From assembly GCF_042957465.1 (NCBI RefSeq), contig NZ_JBIBIJ010000008.1:303136-327135 (forward strand): a stretch of DNA of 24,000 bases. The letters run 5' to 3'. The position numbers were made by a program, and so were the translations under genes. The notes under the pieces were generated by a model that was not told where the DNA came from, ran no database searches, and saw only the letters and a list, made by a program, of their open reading frames with translations. Shown piece after piece: positions 8,752-16,635 of the stretch. Each line of letters opens with the position of its first letter. Positions within the stretch are counted from its first letter, which is position 1. The DNA is from Kitasatospora sp. NPDC008050 (GTDB lineage: Bacteria > Actinomycetota > Actinomycetes > Streptomycetales > Streptomycetaceae).

Positions 8752-9951
8752 TCACTGGGACCAGGCGGAGGGCGGCCAGGAGGGGTGGCTGTCGGCGGGC
8801 GCCACCGGGTAGGGCGCGGGGGTCTGGCCGATGGTGCGCAGCACCTTGGCGGCGAGCAGGTCAGCCGCCCGGGCGTGGGTGCCGGGGTCGGCGGCCCGGC
8901 TCATGGCGAGCAGGCGGGTGGGGTCGGCGAGCAGTGGCTCGACGAGGGCGGCGAGCGCTTCGCCGGTGCAGGCGTCGTCCGGCAGGAGCAGGCCGGCGCC
9001 GGCTTCGGAGAGCACTCGGGCGTTGTGTGTCTGGTGGTCGTGGGGTGCGTGGGGGTAGGGCACCAGGACGGCGGGGAGGCCGATGCTCGCGAGTTCGGCG
9101 ACGGTGGCGGAGCCGGCCCGGCAGATCATCAGGTCGGCTGCCGCGTAGGCGAGGTCCATCCGGTCCAGGTAGGGCACGGCGACGGCCACCGGGCTGCCGG
9201 CCAGCTTGGCCCGGACCTGATCCAGGGCCGCCGGGCCGGTCTTGATCAGCAGGCGCAGGTCGCTGCGGTGGCGCCAGCGGGCGGCCAGCTCGACGGCGGC
9301 CTCGGTCAGGCGGGCGGCCCCCAGGCTGCCGCCGTTGAAGATCACCAGTCGCACGCCCTCCGGCACCCCGAACTGCTGGCGGGCCTGGGCGCGCAGCGCG
9401 GACCGGTCGAGCCCGGCCACCGCGCCGACCAGCGGCATGCCGACCGTCTCGGCCCGCAGGCCGGACGGCAGGTGCTCCCGGGTGCGGTCGAAGGCGAGCG
9501 CCACGTTCGGGGTCAGCCAAGCCGCGAAGCGATTCGCCCGCCCGGGCACCGCGTTCGACTCGTGGATCACACTGGGAAGCCCGGCGAGCCGAGCCCCCAC
9601 GATCACCGGCGCACTCGGATAACCGCCCATCCCGACCGCCACCTGCGCGCCCTGCGCCCGCAGGATCTCCCGGCACTGCCGCCCCGAACTCAGCAGCGCC
9701 GCGGGCAACATGAACCGGCGCAGACCGAGCGCCGAGTCGAACGGGATCATGTCCACCGTGTGCAACCGGTAGCCGGCCTCGGGGATCAGCCGGGTCTCCA
9801 GCCCGCGCTCGGTGCCCACGAACGAGATCACCGCCCTCGGATCGGCCCGCCGCAGCGCCTCGGCCAGGGCCAGGCCCGGGTAGATGTGCCCGCCGGTGCC
9901 ACCGGCACCGATCACCACCGACAGGGGTTGGTCCGCGCGGTCTGTCCTCAT
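8752..9951 (-). CDS. MurG-like GT28 glycosyltransferase (undecaprenyl-PP-MurNAc-pentapeptide GlcNAc transferase family), located outside a dcw-type context
   Basis: The N-terminal GAGGTGGHIYPGLALAEAL and the C-terminal AGSATVAELASIGLPAVLVPYPHAPHDHQTHNA match the MurG G-loop and UDP-GlcNAc-binding blocks. None of the neighbouring genes are fts or mur genes. Confidence 0.8.
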   Translation of the reverse strand: MRTDRADQPLSVVIGAGGTGGHIYPGLALAEALRRADPRAVISFVGTERGLETRLIPEAGYRLHTVDMIPFDSALGLRRFMLPAALLSSGRQCREILRAQGAQVAVGMGGYPSAPVIVGARLAGLPSVIHESNAVPGRANRFAAWLTPNVALAFDRTREHLPSGLRAETVGMPLVGAVAGLDRSALRAQARQQFGVPEGVRLVIFNGGSLGAARLTEAAVELAARWRHRSDLRLLIKTGPAALDQVRAKLAGSPVAVAVPYLDRMDLAYAAADLMICRAGSATVAELASIGLPAVLVPYPHAPHDHQTHNARVLSEAGAGLLLPDDACTGEALAALVEPLLADPTRLLAMSRAADPGTHARAADLLAAKVLRTIGQTPAPYPVAPADSHPSWPPSAWSQ

Positions 9952-9970
9952 GCCCAGCAGCCTGCTGGGC
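9952..9970. promoter_or_regulatory. Perfect 19-bp palindrome GCCCAGCAG-C-CTGCTGGGC directly abutting the MurG-like ATG
   Basis: The arms 9952-9960 and 9962-9970 are exact reverse complements. The palindrome occupies the position where a Shine-Dalgarno would be expected, and none is visible. Confidence 0.5.
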
Positions 9971-9971
9971 C

Positions 9972-10000
9972 GGTATAAGAGACTTCTCAGAAGCGTTCAA
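9972..10000 (-). promoter_or_regulatory. Candidate promoter for the MurG-like/SDR pair (-35 TTGAAC, 17-nt spacer, -10 TATACC)
   Basis: On the minus strand TTGAAC (10000-9995) and TATACC (9977-9972) sit in the only AT-enriched stretch upstream of the gene. This would leave a very short leader made almost entirely of the palindrome. Confidence 0.3.
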
Positions 10001-10072
10001 TCACGGCAAACTGCCCAGCCCGGCGGGCTGCTGCCGGGCAGGCTACGTCGGGCCGGTGCCCGCACAGGTTGC

Positions 10073-10381
10073 TCACGAACGCGGGCGGGCGACCGCCTCC
10101 TCGTCCTTGGGGGTGTCCGCGGGCACCGTGCGCCCGCGCCGGGGTACGACGATCACCACGACTGACACCAGGGCGAACACCACGCAGCCGATCAGCGCGG
10201 CACGGATGTAGCCGGCGTTGCCCGACAGGCTGTGCCCGGTGGCGGTGTAGGCCTGCAGGACGGCTGTGGCGTTGCGGAGACCGGGCAGTCCGGAGAACCC
10301 GCGATCCACAGGGACCAGGACGCCGTCACCGCCGGACTGACCAGCCCCTGGAGCTCGGTCCAGGTCGAGGCACACATACAC
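10073..10381 (-). CDS. Hypothetical small protein with a C-terminal transmembrane segment (possibly a gene fragment)
   Basis: GC3 is high. GTG 10381 is preceded by GAGGAG (10392-10397). The C-terminal TM segment is YIRAALIGCVVFALVSVVVIVV, followed by a charged tail. I recognise no family. Confidence 0.3.
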   Translation of the reverse strand: MYVCLDLDRAPGAGQSGGDGVLVPVDRGFSGLPGLRNATAVLQAYTATGHSLSGNAGYIRAALIGCVVFALVSVVVIVVPRRGRTVPADTPKDEEAVARPRS

Positions 10382-10429
10382 GAGGGTGTAGCTCCTCAAG
10401 CGCGCCGGATACGGCCGCGCCAACCTCGA

Positions 10430-10439
10430 CCTTCTACGC
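10430..10439 (-). promoter_or_regulatory. Copy of the GCGT-N-GAAGG motif (GCGTAGAAGG) about 50 nt upstream of the 10381 start
   Basis: The same 10-mer core occurs upstream of usp2 and usp3 (see 19205, 19389, 20640). Confidence 0.25.
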
Positions 10440-10577
10440 AACCGCATCCCGCACAGGACCTGAACCCCAATCACAAGATCAGCGACCCATTCCGTGACCG
10501 CAAAGCCTCAGAAGTGGGGGAAATCGCTGATCGTTCACACCGTCCGACCCGCCAACAAACGTAGGAACCAATCGAGT

Positions 10578-10943
10578 TCAGAGCCTGTCGCCCTTGCACT
10601 GCGTGGTCTTCCACTCCGCCATCTCTTGCTGCAGCTCGCTGACGCGCTTACGTGCCTGCTCCTCGTCAGCAGCCCGCTCTTCAGGGGTGCGCTCACGTGC
10701 GGCGGGACGGGGGGTGGTCAGCAGATGATAAACGTGTCGGCGTGCGTCCTCCTCGGAAGCGAAGTAGCGGTCGATGTGGAGTCGGCCACGTTCGAGGCCA
10801 CCCACGAACCAGCGGCCGTCCTCAGCTCGGTCCAGGATTCCACCTTCGCCGTACCAGCCGGGAAGCGCGTGACCGCGGATGCAGAATGAGCGGTCCGCCA
10901 CTCCGGCCTCGTTCAGGGTGGCCAGCAACTGCTGGTGATCCAT
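10578..10943 (-). CDS. Hypothetical 121-aa cytoplasmic protein, a candidate (second) immunity-type gene of the toxin island
   Basis: ATG 10943 is preceded by GGAGAGG. The protein is MDHQQLLATLNEAGVADRSFCIRGHALPGWYGEGGILDRAEDGRWFVGGLERGRLHIDRYFASEEDARRHVYHLL... and has no signal peptide. It lies in the same orientation downstream of the toxin and first immunity ORF. Confidence 0.55.
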   Translation of the reverse strand: MDHQQLLATLNEAGVADRSFCIRGHALPGWYGEGGILDRAEDGRWFVGGLERGRLHIDRYFASEEDARRHVYHLLTTPRPAARERTPEERAADEEQARKRVSELQQEMAEWKTTQCKGDRL

Positions 10944-11103
10944 CGGTACACCTCTCCGATGCGGGGGCGCCTGTTTTTCGGATCCATGGAGCTCGATCTG
11001 CTGGGTCCGCCCGGCTATCAGCGTTGACCTTGAACTGGACGTCATCCTTCGTCTCAGATGCAGCGCATCCGACGCCGTCGCAGCCAGGCGCCTGCAGCAC
11101 GAT

Positions 11104-11138
11104 ATGGCCCACACCCTGGAATCCAGGGTGCGGGCCAT
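11104..11138. promoter_or_regulatory. 35-bp near-perfect palindrome (17-bp arms, 1 mismatch) between the two immunity-like ORFs
   Basis: The sequence is ATGGCCCACACCCTGGA-A-TCCAGGGTGCGGGCCAT. The inner 9-bp arms (CACCCTGGA/TCCAGGGTG) are perfect. Confidence 0.6.
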
Positions 11139-11281
11139 CTTCGATTCCGGTCCGTATCCGACCACTGCCCCTCAGTAGTCGCCGTCCTCAGAGATCCTCT
11201 GGCCGGCAAGACGACCTGGCGGCCTCAGTCCTCCTCGATGTTCTCGCAGAGGTCGCGGCTGATGCTGTAGGCCAGGCGGCG

Positions 11282-11695
11282 CTATTCGCCGACCAGGTCG
11301 CTTTCCCTGAAGACTCGAATTGATGATTCGTGGACCCCAACTGCCTCCTGATCTGTTCCCCAACCTGCCGCGGCGAGAATCCGATCGGCGGCGTTAGTCA
11401 TAACCTCAAGACTGACACTGCCAAGGGGGATAGCGCGTTTAATAGCAAGTCCTGGTGAAGCAACAATAGCTCCCTTGATTTCGGGGCTGAGGCTCCACTC
11501 GACGAAGACTCCGCCTGACTCATCGCTGCTCGGGTCGTAGAAGACGACGAAAGATGATGAGCTGACATGTCGGCCCGCAGTGCAGTCTCCACCTTGGACG
11601 ACCGGCAGTCCGACGTACTGCAGGTCGGCCTCAACTTCAGCAACCAGGCGGATGAGAGCCGTCTCCTCTTCCTGACTTACACGCTCAGGAAACAC
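11282..11695 (-). CDS. Hypothetical 137-aa acidic protein immediately downstream of the deaminase domain; the candidate cognate immunity protein
   Basis: GTG 11695 has GGGGAG 5 nt upstream. Codon usage is visibly less GC3-biased than in flanking genes (ATT, GTT, CTT, AAA codons). It has no signal or TM segment. Its position and orientation are typical of toxin-immunity pairs. Confidence 0.6.
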   Translation of the reverse strand: MFPERVSQEEETALIRLVAEVEADLQYVGLPVVQGGDCTAGRHVSSSSFVVFYDPSSDESGGVFVEWSLSPEIKGAIVASPGLAIKRAIPLGSVSLEVMTNAADRILAAAGWGTDQEAVGVHESSIRVFRESDLVGE

Positions 11696-11731
11696 TAATA
11701 CTCCCCTGTCCTAACTTATTTGAATTCTAAT

Positions 11732-11770
11732 GCCGGGCCGGGTGGATCGGATTCATTCACTCGGCCCGGC
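11732..11770 (-). terminator. Hairpin (9-bp GC stem GCCGGGCCG/CGGCCCGGC) followed on the minus strand by an AT-rich tract, between the toxin stop and the immunity start
   Basis: The arms are 11732-11740 and 11762-11770. The downstream minus-strand sequence is ATTAGAATTCAAATAAGTTAGG, which also contains a TAAGTT -10-like hexamer ahead of the immunity RBS. Confidence 0.35.
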
Positions 11771-11776
11771 AAAGAA

Positions 11777-12340
11777 TCACCCGATACCGCGGTTCTTCTT
11801 GGCTGTCGCGATCAGTGTAGCGAGGTAGTCAGCCCATGCCTTGTTGAGCGTACGGCCCTCCGGAGTCTCCGGTGACGCATAGGGGATCACGTAGGTGATG
11901 ATGGCTTTCTTCGTACGTGGGTCACCGCTCAGCAATGGAGCGCAGACATCTGGGCACGGTGCCCTGTCCGTGTGCAGTTCGATGACCTCGTCGCCTTGCT
12001 TGAGTTGGTTGACGATGTCCTGCTCGGCGTGTCCAGCAGAACCACCGCTGTTGCCGTAGACCAGACGCGTGCTGCCGTCTGCGCTCCGGACGTTGGCGAC
12101 TGCCACATTCCGCTGCGCATCCCAGTAGCCGGAGGATACCCGGTAGTTGAAGGCGGCCGTGCTGAGTTCGTCACTCGCATAGTCGATCTGCCGTGGGCAG
12201 TTGTTATTGTGCACCAGGACTGGTGCGTTGCCCGCCAGGACATAGAACGTGTGGAGGTCACCTACGGTTAGGTCATAGACCGTTTTCTGCGGGAGCCCCT
12301 TCTGGTCGTTGATGGCTGCGACGGCACGTGTTGACCCGTC
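11777..12340 (-). CDS. 5'-truncated polymorphic-toxin cassette: the C-terminal end of a pretoxin Hint (PT-HINT) domain plus a CDA-fold deaminase toxin domain (DddA/SCP1.201-like)
   Basis: TRAVAAINDQKGLPQKTVYDLTVGDLHTFYVLAGNAPVLVHNNNC is a Hint C-terminal block ending in His-Asn followed by Cys. Downstream, NSGGSAGHAEQ, then 21 aa, then PCPDVC give the H-A-E plus PC-x3-C deaminase signature. The track ORF extends to 12628, but residues before about 12340 are antisense to a VOC gene fragment and are not homologous to toxin sequence. Confidence 0.7.
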   Translation of the reverse strand, partial: DGSTRAVAAINDQKGLPQKTVYDLTVGDLHTFYVLAGNAPVLVHNNNCPRQIDYASDELSTAAFNYRVSSGYWDAQRNVAVANVRSADGSTRLVYGNSGGSAGHAEQDIVNQLKQGDEVIELHTDRAPCPDVCAPLLSGDPRTKKAIITYVIPYASPETPEGRTLNKAWADYLATLIATAKKNRGIG

Positions 12341-12694
12341 CGGGCAGGTGCAGGACGACCTGAACCGCGGGCACTGCCGACCTTCGTCGACCTCACCGGC
12401 GAGCAACCCGCCCTCCGGTTCGCCTACCGCGACCTCGAACTGGCCCGGATCGGCGGCTATCTGCTCATCGCCGGCACCGCCGAGGCCCTGGCTCCGTACC
12501 GCGCCACCCAGGCCACCACCGTGGTGACCTCGCTGGACGAGGTCCTGGCACTGACCGGGCGCCACGGCGGAGAGGTGCTCGACGGCCCGAATCAGGTCCC
12601 CACCGGCCGCAACCTGACCGTCCGCCACCCGGGCGGCGCGATCATCGAGTACGTGGAGTTCGACACCGCCACCCGGGCCCGGACGGCGGAGTAG
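12335..12694 (+). pseudogene. 5'-truncated VOC/glyoxalase-family gene fragment
   Basis: A high-GC3 frame reads ...ALPTFVDLTGEQPALRFAYRDLELARIGGYLLIAGTAEALAPYRATQATTVVTSLDEVLALTGRHGGEVLDGPNQVPTGRNLTVRHPGGAIIEYVEFDTATRARTAE* (stop 12692-12694). It is closed upstream by TGA 12332-12334 with no start codon, so it is absent from the ORF track. Confidence 0.6.
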
Positions 12695-12699
12695 GTCCT

Positions 12700-13030
12700 C
12701 ATGCCGTGCTCAGCCAGCTCGGCGGCCACCCCGATGCCGGAGAGCATCAGCAGTTGCGGTGAGTTGTAGGTCCCGGCCGCCAGCAGCACCTCCCGCTCGG
12801 CACGCAACTCGACCGGCTCACCGTGGCGTTCGGCACGCACGCCGATGACCCGGGCGCCGGGCGTACGCCCTCGGTACGTGGATCTCGGGGGCGTCGTCGG
12901 GCGGCCCCGCCTCGACCAGCAGCACCCGGACACCGGGGTCCTCGCTCAGCCGGGCAGCCAGCACGCACCCCGCCGATCCCGCCCCCACCACGACGTAGTC
13001 GTACCCGTGCTGTGCGGTTCGTGCGGTCAT
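12700..13030 (-). pseudogene. GMC-family (choline-dehydrogenase-like) oxidoreductase remnant with an internal deletion/frameshift and 3' truncation
   Basis: The N-terminus [53 protein letters not shown] (FAD GxGxxG) ends near 12860. A different frame then continues with [49 protein letters not shown], a block that lies about 170-200 residues further along in intact GMC enzymes. Homology stops at about 12700. Confidence 0.75.
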
Positions 13031-13501
13031 GGGTTCTCGTCCTTCCGAAAGAGCGCGTTCCGCCCGCTTCCGGGCCCGCGCTGCTTCCGTGGTACCGCTT
13101 CCCGCCCCCGTGACGGTGTCCTGCGATCGGATGGGCGCGCGGGGGAAGGCGAGCCGTGAACGAGCTGAACGCCGGATACGCGGCCGACGTTCTCAACTCA
13201 CCTTTTACACCTCATAGTTGATGACGACCTTTCGCATCGGCGAGAAAATTCCTATCGCCCAGGTGAGGAAAGCGAATTGCGGAAACATCCCCGGCTGTAC
13301 CTTCGAGGCCGATGCGTTCCCCACTGAGGAAATGTGTCGGGCCCGAGGACGGCGAAGATCGTGGGCTTCCCCCTGCCGAGGGGCTGATCGGACGACAGAC
13401 AGGCCCTGGCCGCAGCGAAACGATGAAGGGAGTCGCCGTCTCCGCCAGGGGACGTGCGGGACTGTCCGTTCGCCGGGACTGTTCGATACCGGGAACAGGG
13501 G

Positions 13502-14023
13502 ATGTCGATGATGATCAACCGTGTCGTTGTCGGAGTCGACGGCTCGCCCGCCAGCGTGGGCGCGCTGCGGTACGGCGCGCAGGAGGCGGTGCTGTCCGGC
13601 GCGGCCCTGTGGCTGGTGCAGGCCCTCCCGCCCGGGGGCGAGGCCGTGTATGTGACGCGGCCCGCCTCGGTCGCCCTGTGCGAGGCCCGGGGCGACCTGG
13701 CCAGGGCCAGGCTGCGCGCCGCGCGTGACCAGGCTCTCTCCGGCTTCGAGGACAGCCCCGAGGTCGTCACCCGGGTCGTGCGCGGTCGTCCCGGTGCCGT
13801 CCTGGTGGCCGGTGCCGACCAGGAGGGTGACCTGCTGGTCCTGGGGTCCGATGCGCGCGGACCCCTGAGCGGCCCCCTGCGCCGGAGCCTGTCCGGCTCC
13901 GTCCACCGGCACTGCCTGGCCCATGCCCGCTGCCCGGTCCTGATCATGTGCGTCCCCGATCGGGTGTGCCGACGACACCACCGTCCACGCCCGGGAGCAC
14001 CGGACCGCACGAACCCGAAATGA
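13502..14023 (+). CDS. Universal stress protein (UspA family), paralogue 1
   Basis: Usp blocks are RVVVGVDGSPASVGAL...GDLLVLGSDARGPL..GSVHRHCLAHARCPVLI. A 25-aa Arg/Pro-rich tail follows the usual C-terminus. ATG 13502 follows ACAGGGG. Confidence 0.8.
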   Translation: MSMMINRVVVGVDGSPASVGALRYGAQEAVLSGAALWLVQALPPGGEAVYVTRPASVALCEARGDLARARLRAARDQALSGFEDSPEVVTRVVRGRPGAVLVAGADQEGDLLVLGSDARGPLSGPLRRSLSGSVHRHCLAHARCPVLIMCVPDRVCRRHHRPRPGAPDRTNPK

Positions 14024-14024
14024 T

Positions 14025-16265
<2,241 letters not shown>

Positions 16266-16635
16266 CGCCGCCCTCCCGGCCGGGGAGCCCCGGGGCGTCC
16301 GCGCAGTCCGTCGGCCACTGGAACACCTCGTCCACTCCGCTGGTCCCCGACGTGTGTCCCGACGGGGATCCGGTCGGCTGTCAGGTCCGTCCGGCCGGAC
16401 CGGGCATGGTCCGGCCGGCCTGTCACATCGCGTTCCACGCCAGGCCGCCCCGCGCCGGGACCGGCTCCCCCGACCGGCGGACCACCTGGCCCCGCCCGTG
16501 AGCCGGCGTTCGGGGTCCAGAGGTCCGATACGTGCCGGAAGTCCTGGCGAGGGCTCCGACCTCCCGGACCGCCGCCTCCTCGGCCGCACCGACCTGCGCG
16601 GGACCGCAGACCGTCACCTGGATCACTGCTGCTCC

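Noticed and set aside
10530-12345. Flanking direct repeats (att-like) for the toxin island
   Set aside because: The only shared strings at the two edges are about 7-mers (CCGTCCG/GACCCG). This is not significant in DNA this GC-rich, and no integrase is present.
12341-12628. N-terminal ~95 codons of the toxin ORF (11777-12628) as genuine toxin sequence
   Set aside because: This part is exactly antisense to the high-GC3 VOC fragment, is Gly/Ala-rich, and resembles neither Hint nor any delivery domain. It is kept only as a possible fortuitous translation start.
13446-13498. A DosR/DevR-type operator upstream of usp1
   Set aside because: Only GGGAC(T) half-sites are present, as direct rather than inverted repeats. 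No 20-bp palindromic box matching GGGACT-WW-AGTCCC occurs here or upstream of usp2 or usp3. It is kept only as a weak hint inside the usp finding.
16266-16589. N-terminal 108 codons of the 854-aa track ORF (14025-16589)
   Set aside because: This part is extremely Arg/Pro-rich and not membrane-protein-like. GTG 16265 with a GGGAGGG RBS precedes the first conserved FUSC block.
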